Virus genome (UHGV): UHGV-0236300
Source of the DNA: a virus
Length of the DNA: 64,000 nucleotides
Direction: 5' to 3' (one strand)
Part shown: positions 28,813 through 37,466 of the stretch, in pieces
How the letters are laid out: each line of letters starts with the position of its first letter
Position numbering within the stretch: position 1 is the first letter of the stretch
Translations under genes and position numbers: made by a program
Notes under the pieces: model-generated
Seen by the model: only the letters and a program-made list of their open reading frames with translations
Database searches by the model: none
What the model was told of the DNA's origin: nothing

Positions 28813-29073
28813 TTACAGCACCTCTTCGTCAACTACTTCATAAAAATGGCTAGGGATTGCAATAGCGTTCTCACCTTCACCTACAAACACAGTCCCGTCA
28901 AGGATCAACATCATAAGAATGTCTGTAATATCCTCCTCCGGAACGTTGCCAAAACCTTTAATCAACTTATATGTCGGGACATTCGCCTCTAGGATGTCGC
29001 CATCTTTAGAACGGAAATCCACACCTTCCTGAATCTCTGCCATTTCAAGGTTTTTCAATCTAATCTTCATCAA
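28813..29073 (-). CDS. hypothetical small acidic protein (family member)
   Basis: RBS CAGGAGA; C-terminus YEVVDEEVL. Confidence 0.5.
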   Translation of the reverse strand: MMKIRLKNLEMAEIQEGVDFRSKDGDILEANVPTYKLIKGFGNVPEEDITDILMMLILDGTVFVGEGENAIAIPSHFYEVVDEEVL

Positions 29074-29102
29074 TCAGTCTCCTGTCTTGTTAAGATGAAG
29101 GT

Positions 29103-29131
29103 ATTATTGCACACAGGGTTGGTGTTGTCAA
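29103..29131 (-). promoter_or_regulatory. sigma70-like promoter (candidate)
   Basis: Minus-strand TTGACA (29131-29126), 17-nt spacer, AATAAT. Confidence 0.35.
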
Positions 29132-29149
29132 CACCTGTGTGGCATAAAA

Positions 29150-29545
29150 TTACTGAAACAGTGCAGATAAATTACCTTCTGGTGGGAACTTATCTGCCAG
29201 GAATGGGGTTAGAACAGTGGCCTTCTGAAGATCTGGGGTCCACTCGTTGTTCAGAACATCCCAGTAATACGCAATGTTGCTATGTGGGTGCCGCATTACG
29301 AACTTTTTCCCTTCGTAGTCAGTTGAAACCTCTACAGAAGAAATAACAACAGAATCTTCAAGGGTTTCTTCATAGAAAGATCCACCCTCAAATTTCCAAC
29401 GAGATGCAAGAGCTCCTGCCTTGAACGCTGCAGATAACGGACTGTCTGCAAGAACATACATTTCTTGCACTCTGTCACTGCGATCTTTGCTTCTTACGTT
29501 GTATACAGTATCCGAGCTATACTCAACACGGTATAGACTTACCAT
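29150..29545 (-). CDS. hypothetical protein, paralog of 31353-31751
   Basis: RBS GAGGAGG; shared HP.S...YW.....WTP motif. Confidence 0.5.
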   Translation of the reverse strand: MVSLYRVEYSSDTVYNVRSKDRSDRVQEMYVLADSPLSAAFKAGALASRWKFEGGSFYEETLEDSVVISSVEVSTDYEGKKFVMRHPHSNIAYYWDVLNNEWTPDLQKATVLTPFLADKFPPEGNLSALFQ

Positions 29546-29877
29546 TACCGAGCCTCCTCAATAACTTCCACATCTGAACCCACCACAAATGCAAAAGGGC
29601 AGGTTTCATGAAAGATATCCGGATCTCCACCAAGCTTGCTAACTATCTCTCCACCACTAATAAACACAAGCTCACCAATATTCATCAGATTGCTAAAATA
29701 GTAGCCATAATGATTGAAGAATGCAGCTGGGTCAGGTAGACTGGTGGCCTCAAGCTCTACATTGCTTGAGATCACTTTCTTATCATACCCTCTCGCCTTT
29801 TGAGATGCAAGATCTGCAGAGTCTTCAGGAGACCGGAGATGCACAGGAATTGTTTCACCAATAAAGCGTACTTTCAT
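29545..29877 (-). CDS. hypothetical small acidic protein
   Basis: ATG 29877 just after upstream stop; C-terminus VEVIEEAR. Confidence 0.45.
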   Translation of the reverse strand: MKVRFIGETIPVHLRSPEDSADLASQKARGYDKKVISSNVELEATSLPDPAAFFNHYGYYFSNLMNIGELVFISGGEIVSKLGGDPDIFHETCPFAFVVGSDVEVIEEAR

Positions 29878-29881
29878 ATTC

Positions 29882-30145
29882 TTACCCCACAACCATAGCT
29901 TCAAAAGGTGTCATAAACGAATAAACAGCATCATCATCTGCTTCAGGGAATGCCCCCAAAGACTTTATGTCTGATCCCTTGACAAATACAAGGTTTTGAT
30001 CAAAAGCTTCTTGTGGATCAATCCGATACATATCTCGTAGGATACCACTTACCTCCTCATCAAGAGGCGAGTATGCTGTGCACGTTTTTCCAATCAAGCT
30101 TTGAGAATCAGGGTATCCACCTGAAGTTTTAAAATAAACAATCAT
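29882..30145 (-). CDS. hypothetical protein (GSD-I/L-xx-GA motif family)
   Basis: RBS GAGGTGA; KGSDIKSLGAFPE. Confidence 0.5.
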   Translation of the reverse strand: MIVYFKTSGGYPDSQSLIGKTCTAYSPLDEEVSGILRDMYRIDPQEAFDQNLVFVKGSDIKSLGAFPEADDDAVYSFMTPFEAMVVG

Positions 30146-30237
30146 ATAGTATCACCTCTGGTAAGAGATGGGGATTCCTTTCCCACAAATAATTACAAAC
30201 CTTTCTTGTCGAGGAAAGTATGCTAACCCAAGTAGGA

Positions 30238-30507
30238 TTACTCTTCTACAACCTCATACACATCCGGAGTTACAATCAACTCTTCTCCGTTACCTGGTGC
30301 AACAAACACTACCAAACCTTCCGGTGTGTGCTTTTTAGCCATCTCGATGACATCTTCTCGCAGAGCTGGCTCCATCAGATCAAAACCTTCACCCAGAGCA
30401 TCACGAACCACCTTCATGTAGTCAACTGGTTGTGCTTCAACGATCATGCCTTCAACCAGTCCACAGTTTTTGTCTGCCAGCTCAGTTTGGAATAATTTAA
30501 TTTTCAT
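30238..30507 (-). CDS. hypothetical small acidic protein (family member)
   Basis: RBS GAGGAGA; C-terminus YEVVEE. Confidence 0.5.
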   Translation of the reverse strand: MKIKLFQTELADKNCGLVEGMIVEAQPVDYMKVVRDALGEGFDLMEPALREDVIEMAKKHTPEGLVVFVAPGNGEELIVTPDVYEVVEE

Positions 30508-30533
30508 TTAGAGGTCTCCTCAATTATTTGATA

Positions 30534-30635
30534 TTAATAGCCGTAACCTAACACATTAACTACAACTGCGATTGCAAACATAATTTCAAAGCATGCAATC
30601 TCTACATTTGGGACTAATTTCTTAATCATGCCCAT
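30534..30635 (-). CDS. small hydrophobic peptide (33 aa)
   Basis: RBS GAGGTG then ATG; MGMIKKLVPNVEIACFEIMFAIAVVVNVLGYGY. Confidence 0.3.
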   Translation of the reverse strand: MGMIKKLVPNVEIACFEIMFAIAVVVNVLGYGY

Positions 30636-30650
30636 TGTAGCACCTCAATC

Positions 30651-30962
30651 TCAAAAGTCAATCTTTACTTTACCTTTTCCCTTACCTTTCTTTCCACCGC
30701 ATTTAGCCAACTGGCGTGCTGCAACATCCACCATACGGTCAGTTGCCTCGTAAGCATCGCTACCTTTAGCTTTGGCGATAACTTCTTTCCCAGAATTGTC
30801 AAAAATGAAAGCCATAACTTCCTGGTGATCATTTTCAACTTTTACACTCACACGTGCATAGTTGGCAGAGGGGTGCAAACGCTCCAGCTTGGACATTTTG
30901 TGGGAAATGAAAGACACCATACCTTCAGTGATCTCTACGTTGCCAGTGATTTCAATCTGCAT
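30651..30962 (-). CDS. hpf: ribosome hibernation-promoting factor homolog (HPF/RaiA, S30AE family)
   Basis: MQIEITGNVEITEG...KLE...VKVE...GKEVIAKAKGSDAYEATDRMVDVAARQLAK matches E. coli HPF along its length (recalled from memory); RBS AAAGGAGC. Confidence 0.75.
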   Translation of the reverse strand: MQIEITGNVEITEGMVSFISHKMSKLERLHPSANYARVSVKVENDHQEVMAFIFDNSGKEVIAKAKGSDAYEATDRMVDVAARQLAKCGGKKGKGKGKVKIDF

Positions 30963-31009
30963 AACGTGCTCCTTTTAAAGAAGAGGGAACCAAACCCTCT
31001 TTGAAAATA

Positions 31010-31038
31010 ATGATACTAAAGATCAAATGTTGTGTCAA
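31010..31038 (-). promoter_or_regulatory. sigma70-like promoter upstream of hpf
   Basis: Minus-strand TTGACA, 17-nt spacer, TATCAT; hairpin AGAGGG/CCCTCT in the 5'UTR. Confidence 0.45.
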
Positions 31039-31044
31039 CAGTTT

Positions 31045-31335
31045 TTACAGCTTGTCGTCGATAGTTTTTAAAATATCCACTGCAAGATCTGCCATTTTAC
31101 GAACATACTCTGCAAACTCAACAGGATCCTTGATCAATGAGTTCACAGGGTCATACCCTAAAGCGTTTAAAATGGCTACAGCATCCACAACCTTCTCATC
31201 ATTTGCGAAGATCTCACCGTCAAACTTGTAAGTCCATTTTGAGTCAATCTTGGCATGGCAGGATTGGTCCATGCTTATTACACCATCTTTTTTAAACGAT
31301 TCGGTGTTATCAGTATCCAAAACTAAATCCATCAT
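31045..31335 (-). CDS. hypothetical protein
   Basis: 96-aa ORF in coupled array. Confidence 0.45.
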   Translation of the reverse strand: MMDLVLDTDNTESFKKDGVISMDQSCHAKIDSKWTYKFDGEIFANDEKVVDAVAILNALGYDPVNSLIKDPVEFAEYVRKMADLAVDILKTIDDKL

Positions 31336-31352
31336 GTAAGTACCCCACTATT

Positions 31353-31751
31353 TCAGCTTATCTTTTCTTCAACAACCCCGTAGCTCGGGGCAGAGTCAAG
31401 AGCTTTCTGGTTTAAAAGTGGTGTAGCAGAATCTGCAAACGGTGTCCAGGTTTTTGTTCTGGCATTCCAGTAATGCTTTACTCTGGAATCTGGATGCACT
31501 ATAACAAAAACTTTTTCACTTGTCAACACATTAATTTCTTCTACACCCTTGCTGATAATCTCTCCGTCATAGCCACCAGTCTGGTATCCTTCGTACCAGG
31601 TTCTTGCATAGGCATAGCCAGCCTGCCAGCATGCAGCCTCCTCCGAGGTGGAGACTACGTAGAAGTCTTTCTCAAATTCGGGGATACGCCCTTGCTTTAC
31701 GCTCCAAGCTCCGCGAATTTTCATTGTAACTTTGAACAGTTTATTTTTCAC
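31353..31751 (-). CDS. hypothetical protein, paralog of 29150-29545
   Basis: GTG start after GGGGAA; HPDSRVKHYWNARTKTWTP motif. Confidence 0.5.
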   Translation of the reverse strand: MKNKLFKVTMKIRGAWSVKQGRIPEFEKDFYVVSTSEEAACWQAGYAYARTWYEGYQTGGYDGEIISKGVEEINVLTSEKVFVIVHPDSRVKHYWNARTKTWTPFADSATPLLNQKALDSAPSYGVVEEKIS

Positions 31752-31763
31752 AACAGTTCCCCA

Positions 31764-32018
31764 TCACAGCTCTAAAATATCTGCATCTGACCCTGTCCCA
31801 AAGGCATAATACGAGTCCTCTCCGAAATAATATTCCGGGGCACCAGCCGCGATCAGGTCTGATCCCAAGATGAACACCACATTGTGGCCTACATGGCTGT
31901 GATTTTGCCGCACAGGATCGTCCCACGGCAACCCTTCGAAGTATACAGCAGGTACTACCTTTCCTTTCAGGAAGGATTGTCCCAAGTAGACGTTAGAGTC
32001 AAGAATTTTAACCTTCAT
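31764..32018 (-). CDS. hypothetical protein (MKVK / DLIAAGA family)
   Basis: RBS GGAGGA; MKVKILDS... SDLIAAGAPE. Confidence 0.5.
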   Translation of the reverse strand: MKVKILDSNVYLGQSFLKGKVVPAVYFEGLPWDDPVRQNHSHVGHNVVFILGSDLIAAGAPEYYFGEDSYYAFGTGSDADILEL

Positions 32019-32232
32019 GATCGTCCTCCACTATCTCCACATCCTCTCCTAGGGCAAAGTTGTAGGTCCACTGACTGTCAAAGCATTCCTGGGATGCACC
32101 AGCGGCAATAAGATCTGCACCTTTTATTTTTAAAAGGTCAGGATAATCTTCGTTAGGGATAGCGGTAAACACTTTCCCCACTAAGGGCTCCTGACCAATA
32201 TAGAAGCTTGAATCTAAAACTTTAACTTTCAT
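32008..32232 (-). CDS. hypothetical protein (MKVK / DLIAAGA family)
   Basis: RBS GGAGAC; MKVKVLDS... ADLIAAGASQ. Confidence 0.5.
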   Translation of the reverse strand: MKVKVLDSSFYIGQEPLVGKVFTAIPNEDYPDLLKIKGADLIAAGASQECFDSQWTYNFALGEDVEIVEDDHEG

Positions 32233-32516
32233 CAGCGGTCTCCATCGGGCGGTTGTGGAACGTAAACACTGTTACGAATCTCGTCAGCAGTATAGTAACA
32301 AGTTTTCCCCTCTCTGTCTCTGGCAGCAATGTATTCAGCTATACCAATAAGTGCCATAGCCTTGGTTGCGTATCTCTTAAGCTCGTTAGCTCCCCAGCAA
32401 AATCTCTGCCAAAACGGTATGAAACCGAATAGGTACACTTTCTGTTTCACTATCCAATAAGTTCCTTTACAGATCACTTTAAACTCTGCAGCACTATTGC
32501 TAACACCATTGCTCAT
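32232..32516 (-). CDS. hypothetical protein
   Basis: RBS AAGGAGAAG; ATGA-coupled. Confidence 0.5.
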   Translation of the reverse strand: MSNGVSNSAAEFKVICKGTYWIVKQKVYLFGFIPFWQRFCWGANELKRYATKAMALIGIAEYIAARDREGKTCYYTADEIRNSVYVPQPPDGDR

Positions 32517-32528
32517 TATCTTCTCCTT

Positions 32529-32813
32529 TTATTTTTCTGGATTTGGCAGATATTGCACATTGGCAGGAGGAACACCGGATAGCTCCCAAACAACCATAGT
32601 GCTGTACCCTGGCACACTTCTAACATTTAAAAGAGTAGGAGCACCAACACATTTAAACTTCCTTTTCCCAAATCCGTTCTCCATCATAACCCAGTATCCG
32701 GTATCCTGATCACCGGGAATTTGTGTTCCATCATCGTCCACCCAGCGGACGGTCCATTTCGATACAGCAACAGCCTGGTATTTAAACTTTTTAAACCACT
32801 CGAACAGTTTCAT
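32529..32813 (-). CDS. hypothetical protein
   Basis: RBS GAGGCTG. Confidence 0.5.
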   Translation of the reverse strand: MKLFEWFKKFKYQAVAVSKWTVRWVDDDGTQIPGDQDTGYWVMMENGFGKRKFKCVGAPTLLNVRSVPGYSTMVVWELSGVPPANVQYLPNPEK

Positions 32814-32816
32814 AAT

Positions 32817-32906
32817 TCAGCCTCGCATAGCCATAATAACTATAAACAGACAAAGAATGAATCCGAATGCCACGCCACCCATAAACGTTAATATTGATGC
32901 GACCAT
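32817..32906 (-). CDS. small hydrophobic peptide (29 aa)
   Basis: RBS GAGGCTG; MVASILTFMGGVAFGFILCLFIVIMAMRG. Confidence 0.3.
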   Translation of the reverse strand: MVASILTFMGGVAFGFILCLFIVIMAMRG

Positions 32907-32908
32907 AA

Positions 32909-33094
32909 TCAATCAGCCTCGTTTGGCAGCTCTTCCATTTTGACATACCGGAAAGTGTTGCCGTAATAGTTGATCCATGACATCAGCTCACTTTCTTGCT
33001 CTTCCTCTGGGATGGACTCTCGAACGCTGACAAGTTTTAAGAAAACCCAATCACAATCCACCCCCATCCTACCAGACAGACAATAGTGCTTCAT
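32909..33094 (-). CDS. hypothetical protein
   Basis: RBS GGGAGGG. Confidence 0.45.
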   Translation of the reverse strand: MKHYCLSGRMGVDCDWVFLKLVSVRESIPEEEQESELMSWINYYGNTFRYVKMEELPNEAD

Positions 33095-33112
33095 AAAACC
33101 CTCCCGCCTGGT

Positions 33113-33307
33113 TTAGAATACTGCTTCTTCCATTGCACCTGAGAGCAACAAAGAGGTAATCTGGCTAACATTCATCTCAGACTCCACTTCCTCCCCTTTG
33201 AAAGGTTCGCGGCAGAATAGGACTGTTTCAGGATTTTTACTTCGAACAATATAATACAAATCATTCAAAGTGTTGTAGTAATAAGTGTTAAAACGTAAGT
33301 TTTTCAT
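33113..33307 (-). CDS. hypothetical protein
   Basis: RBS AAAGGGGA. Confidence 0.45.
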   Translation of the reverse strand: MKNLRFNTYYYNTLNDLYYIVRSKNPETVLFCREPFKGEEVESEMNVSQITSLLLSGAMEEAVF

Positions 33308-33591
33308 TTTCTAGTCCCCTTTTTAGATTTTTGTGCAGAAACGCTTTCTGCAATACGAGACAGGCGTTCTTCTGAAGCTTTACCTACTCCAGGTTTCTTG
33401 AGCGGGCTATCTTTATGACCGCAATCCAATTGGATGCTAGATACATCCCCAACCTTGTAAGTCAATTCTAGCAAAAGGTTGTCGTCCTTGTCAAATGTTT
33501 TTACGATAAATTTTTTATCGTCCTCCTTAACTTCATATCTAGTACCTGCAGTGTACAGCATGGTGCCATCAGCGTAGGATATCCAGATCAT
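33304..33591 (-). CDS. hypothetical protein
   Basis: RBS GAAGGAGG; ATGA-coupled. Confidence 0.5.
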   Translation of the reverse strand: MIWISYADGTMLYTAGTRYEVKEDDKKFIVKTFDKDDNLLLELTYKVGDVSSIQLDCGHKDSPLKKPGVGKASEERLSRIAESVSAQKSKKGTRK

Positions 33592-33908
33592 TGCACCTCC
33601 TTCTGCTGCAACAGCATCAACTCTTTGTTGGAAATCTTTACTGCTGTCTTTATTGTCCCATCTTCACGGAACCACGACCAGAATTCTACAGTGTCACCAC
33701 TATCAAGCAAGGCATGACCATGGTAAAAATCTTTGTCCTTAGACAGTTTCTCATCTATATCTGCATCGACACATTCGTGATCCATAGCATTCTGCCTGAA
33801 TGCATCGGTTATGCCAATGCACGCCTTACTCTCAAGGCTGGTATACCCAATATCTTTTAATTCAGTTCCCAAGTCCAGTATCCTACAAAAGCTACAACAG
33901 CCACCCAC
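33588..33908 (-). CDS. hypothetical protein (start uncertain)
   Basis: ORF beginning with GTG; overlaps a better-initiated 25-aa hydrophobic ORF (33857-33934) in another frame. Confidence 0.35.
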   Translation of the reverse strand: MGGCCSFCRILDLGTELKDIGYTSLESKACIGITDAFRQNAMDHECVDADIDEKLSKDKDFYHGHALLDSGDTVEFWSWFREDGTIKTAVKISNKELMLLQQKEVQ

Positions 33909-33994
33909 ATTAATATCGATTTAATCTTTGACATTCTCTCTACCTCTTTCTTAGTTTATTTAATTATGGCACATCCTTTGTGCCATAATGCACA

Positions 33995-34456
33995 TTACTT
34001 AAACAACAGTTCAAAATAGTGCAAAATTAACAGAAGTTGAATTACGCCTAGCACAACGGCGAGTATGTTGATCTTAGAATCAAAAAACTTCTTAACTTTT
34101 ACCCTAAAAGGCTCCTTAATGTCCTTTACGATCCTATTTATAGATGATTTCATATCCCTGATTACCATCCTAAACATTAGGGACGGATCTTCCTTCTCTG
34201 TAACGGAATCGAAAACATACTCTCTTCGGTCATAAGGACCTCCAGATCTGCGTATTAACCTCTCCACAGATACCTCGTACGACACACCTGTAACGTAATC
34301 ATCTATGACAAGTAGTGACGGATCTTTATCGTCCAAAGGTATTAAAGTTATCTTTCCAGATTTTGTTAAAATTTCTCCTTTTTCAAGCAGTGTGTACCAA
34401 TGCTCTCTACCAAGGTTGTTGAGGCACGTTTTTACATATTTAACAAACATCGTCAC
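33995..34456 (-). CDS. hypothetical protein with C-terminal transmembrane segment
   Basis: RBS GAGGGGTG; C-terminal ILAVVLGVIQLLLILHYF. Confidence 0.5.
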   Translation of the reverse strand: MTMFVKYVKTCLNNLGREHWYTLLEKGEILTKSGKITLIPLDDKDPSLLVIDDYVTGVSYEVSVERLIRRSGGPYDRREYVFDSVTEKEDPSLMFRMVIRDMKSSINRIVKDIKEPFRVKVKKFFDSKINILAVVLGVIQLLLILHYFELLFK

Positions 34457-34638
34457 CCCTCATCGCACGTCTGATATAGCCATTCTATGAAATCTTGATA
34501 CCACTCTCCCTCTGAGCGCTCCGTAGGCCAATAATCTTCCCCCTCTCTTGCATTAAAATCTGAGTATTCAACTTTCCACTCCTTTACCAGCTCGTGGAGA
34601 AGGTTTTCAGCCTGTTCTAAGGATTTATTTTTTGTCAT
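34453..34638 (-). CDS. hypothetical protein
   Basis: ATG after AAAAGGGGA; TAATG coupling with upstream small ORF. Confidence 0.45.
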   Translation of the reverse strand: MTKNKSLEQAENLLHELVKEWKVEYSDFNAREGEDYWPTERSEGEWYQDFIEWLYQTCDEG

Positions 34639-34744
34639 TACTGTCCCCTTTTTCAAGATAATTATACATCAGCGCCGCACCACCCAAAATGGCTACCAGC
34701 AGTAATACCCCAGAGAGCATTTCAATAAACATGGCTTGAAACAT
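34625..34744 (-). CDS. small hydrophobic peptide (39 aa)
   Basis: RBS AGAGGGGG; MFQAMFIEMLSGVLLLVAILGGAALMYNYLEKGDSNDKK. Confidence 0.3.
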   Translation of the reverse strand: MFQAMFIEMLSGVLLLVAILGGAALMYNYLEKGDSNDKK

Positions 34745-34875
34745 TAGAAGGCCCCCTCTAATTTCACGCACCATTTTAAATACATATTCTTTTCCCATAA
34801 AGGTGCCCGGCTAAGATCTGTGTAGAACGCAATCTCTTTAAGAACAGTATAAACAGTTTTAGGTGCGGTATCCAT
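34744..34875 (-). CDS. small protein (43 aa)
   Basis: RBS AAGGAGAG; TAATG overlap with next ORF. Confidence 0.3.
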   Translation of the reverse strand: MDTAPKTVYTVLKEIAFYTDLSRAPLWEKNMYLKWCVKLEGAF

Positions 34876-35095
34876 CCCTACTCTCCTTTTTCTCCTTACG
34901 GGTATTCTTGTAGTAATCAACCAGACACATTATTACGATGAAGACAACCACAGGCCAAAAAGGTGCAGCAGTGATGATGGTGATAAAATCATCAAACTTC
35001 ACCCTTCGTGTAGACACGATGCATATACCTGTCAAGATTACTGCTGTTATAACAGCTACTACTAGGTAACCTATTAGCACAGCATTTATACTCAT
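34859..35095 (-). CDS. small membrane protein with two TM helices and charged C-terminus (holin-like topology)
   Basis: RBS GAAGGAGG; two hydrophobic segments then KNTRKEKKESRDGYRT. Confidence 0.5.
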   Translation of the reverse strand: MSINAVLIGYLVVAVITAVILTGICIVSTRRVKFDDFITIITAAPFWPVVVFIVIMCLVDYYKNTRKEKKESRDGYRT

Positions 35096-35113
35096 TGGCT
35101 CCTCCTTCGTAGG

Positions 35114-35650
35114 TTAAATTGTGCACTTCAGGTGGTTGTCGATGGTGTCAAGAAAATTATCCCGTTCTTTCTCAGAGTTTTCACGGATGTAGCTGAAAAA
35201 CATATCTAGAATAACCTTATTGATATATTCCAACTCCTCTGTGTTCAAGTACTTAGCAGGATCTACAATGACATCCCAAGTATCATACAGACCGCACTCA
35301 TGATACCCCCAACGCCGCTCAATTGTCAAACTGATCGGCAAATCTTTACCGTCACAAACAACCCTCCATCTACAGATACTGGTATCTGGGCGTACCTGTG
35401 CACGGTATACCTGTACAAAATCCAATTTGAATTTGAGGTACTCGTCATACAATTTAAGCACAAAGCTCTCGATTTGTGGAGACACTTTTGCAGCAAACTG
35501 TGCGTATTTGTACTTGCACTGGATGATCTTTCTGCGTTTTGCAGTTAAATTTTTTGCAGCCAGTTGTTCTTCAGTGTACCTCCACCTACGATCAACAAAC
35601 GCAACAGGGTCTTTGTCCCCATAGAGGTCTTCCCAGTTAATCAGAAGCAT
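35114..35650 (-). CDS. hypothetical protein
   Basis: ATG after GGAGGAG. Confidence 0.5.
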   Translation of the reverse strand: MLLINWEDLYGDKDPVAFVDRRWRYTEEQLAAKNLTAKRRKIIQCKYKYAQFAAKVSPQIESFVLKLYDEYLKFKLDFVQVYRAQVRPDTSICRWRVVCDGKDLPISLTIERRWGYHECGLYDTWDVIVDPAKYLNTEELEYINKVILDMFFSYIRENSEKERDNFLDTIDNHLKCTI

Positions 35651-35655
35651 ACCTG

Positions 35656-35889
35656 TCACTCCTCCACAACTTCAAGGCCTTTACCGCCTCGCTCTGGCAG
35701 ATTGCCTAAAGATAGGTAATACGTATAATCAGGAGAGATCCTACCAGACTCTGCACCTGCAGCTAGTAAATATTTTCCCTTAACCATGACAACATTATCG
35801 TTTGCAGATAGCCGTTTTGCTTCCACAATTTTACCAACGCAGTCAACCAAGGAAGGGTACCCTAAATCTGTAAGAAATTTAACTTTCAT
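35656..35889 (-). CDS. hypothetical protein (MKVK / LAAGA family)
   Basis: RBS GTAGGAGG; MKVKFLTD... KYLLAAGAES ... LEVVEE. Confidence 0.5.
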   Translation of the reverse strand: MKVKFLTDLGYPSLVDCVGKIVEAKRLSANDNVVMVKGKYLLAAGAESGRISPDYTYYLSLGNLPERGGKGLEVVEE

Positions 35890-35928
35890 GCTACCTCCTA
35901 CTTCTACCGTCCCTGGTAAGATAAATTA

Positions 35929-36327
35929 TTACTGAACAGAGCGCGGAGCTGGGAAGGATAACTCTTCTAAAGAGAATATTTCATTTCCCACAATCCATGT
36001 TGCCGGATCATCCGGGTTGACTGGATAGATAATCATCACCTCATCAGTGTTACATACCCGCTTTTTACCTGTGGAGTTATCAGCAACTAGCATGCGAGGC
36101 TCTTCAGAGATACACAGGTATCCGCCACGTCCAACTGTCCCTTCTACAGGGTCCTGACCTTTTATTACGATGAATATCTTCTCTCCTGAGGTGATATTAC
36201 CTTGCACACTTACCGTTTGACCAACCTTGGATGTACCAATCTTAGTGACTTCGAACATTACATCACGGATAACTGTTGCATAGTTACCAGAGACTTTCTT
36301 ACCTTCTTCAGTAATCTCAATCTTCAT
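35929..36327 (-). CDS. hypothetical protein
   Basis: RBS TAAGGAGC. Confidence 0.5.
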   Translation of the reverse strand: MKIEITEEGKKVSGNYATVIRDVMFEVTKIGTSKVGQTVSVQGNITSGEKIFIVIKGQDPVEGTVGRGGYLCISEEPRMLVADNSTGKKRVCNTDEVMIIYPVNPDDPATWIVGNEIFSLEELSFPAPRSVQ

Positions 36328-36563
36328 AATCTAGGCTCCTTAAATGAATCTATATAGTCAATTAAATCCCAAGCATCCCTATGACCTGTCAGAGGGTATA
36401 CTTCTCCAAGAGGGATCATAGCAATAAGCCTATCAAAAACCCAGTCTGGACGCAACATTTTATGATGATATTCCCACTCACCTTCCACAGATTTTTTCTG
36501 AGTGATCAGAATCTCTGTGTAGTGTTTTGCCTGTCTTGAGTAAATTGAAAATGACTTATACAT
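36324..36563 (-). CDS. hypothetical protein
   Basis: RBS AGAGGGGGGG; ATGA-coupled. Confidence 0.5.
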   Translation of the reverse strand: MYKSFSIYSRQAKHYTEILITQKKSVEGEWEYHHKMLRPDWVFDRLIAMIPLGEVYPLTGHRDAWDLIDYIDSFKEPRL

Positions 36564-36600
36564 AGATGACCCCCCCTCTTGTTGAAAACAAAATACACTA

Positions 36601-36885
36601 CTACCAGGTCACTGTCAAGTAGGCAACTGTGTTATTTTTCTCCGGGGAGATGCCAACAACATCCACCCGCAGACCTCCTGCCCTCAAATCCCCAACGATG
36701 TGTGGGAAGTAGTCTGAGAGGTGTGATGGAAGATTTATCGAAAATCCGCATCCCAGAAAGCCTGCTAACGCCTTATTTTGTATCTCCCCTACAATCGCAT
36801 CATAAATGGAGTTAAGCTCGTCAGGGAGAGTTACAGGACGTTTTAGCGCTAACTGGTGCAACTTGTCCTTAGCACTCATTTTCAT
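36601..36885 (-). CDS. hypothetical protein
   Basis: ATG overlapping stop of upstream MTase gene. Confidence 0.45.
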   Translation of the reverse strand: MKMSAKDKLHQLALKRPVTLPDELNSIYDAIVGEIQNKALAGFLGCGFSINLPSHLSDYFPHIVGDLRAGGLRVDVVGISPEKNNTVAYLTVTW

Positions 36886-37415
36886 TTCAAGTCTGCCTCC
36901 GGAGGTGCCAACCACATAAATGGTGGTAGGTCTAAACGGTTCTTCTTGTCCCACACAAAATATGCATATGCTTGCCCGTCAGTTCTGCCATTAGATTGGA
37001 ATGATGGACGCTTAGATATTGTGATCACAGTGGTAGGGGCATTATCAAGCCACCATTCAAATCTGGCCTTGCTTTCCAGAAAATTAAGACGCAAAAGCAT
37101 AATAACTACGTCAGCATCTTTCAACGCCTTGTCCACAAACTCACGAGCCAGGCTGTACGGCGGGTTGGTGATAATACAGTCAACATGGTTGTATTCCGTA
37201 TTCAGATAGTCAACACCTTCTTGGATTTCTCCCCATGCAGATCCTAACGGCATACGGGAGTAGAATACACCTGAGGCGCTATTCCTGCAAGGCTCCAAAT
37301 AGGTCCAATCTTCTGGGAACGGAATGAGGTTATACAACCCTTCTGCACACCACTCTGGTGTCACATATTCATCATAGGCGTTACGTTGTTCGTCAGGTTT
37401 TCTAGCACAAGTCAT
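36882..37415 (-). CDS. DNA methyltransferase (NPPY-type, N6-adenine or N4-cytosine)
   Basis: Catalytic motif IV IITNPPYS; RBS TGGAGAT. Confidence 0.65.
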   Translation of the reverse strand: MTCARKPDEQRNAYDEYVTPEWCAEGLYNLIPFPEDWTYLEPCRNSASGVFYSRMPLGSAWGEIQEGVDYLNTEYNHVDCIITNPPYSLAREFVDKALKDADVVIMLLRLNFLESKARFEWWLDNAPTTVITISKRPSFQSNGRTDGQAYAYFVWDKKNRLDLPPFMWLAPPEADLK

Positions 37416-37426
37416 GCAAATCTCCA

Positions 37427-37454
37427 GATCATAAAAGCCCTCCGAAGAGGGCTT
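37427..37454 (-). terminator. rho-independent terminator
   Basis: Minus-strand hairpin AAGCCCTC/GAGGGCTT followed by TTTTAT. Confidence 0.55.
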
Positions 37455-37466
37455 TAAGATTAATGT

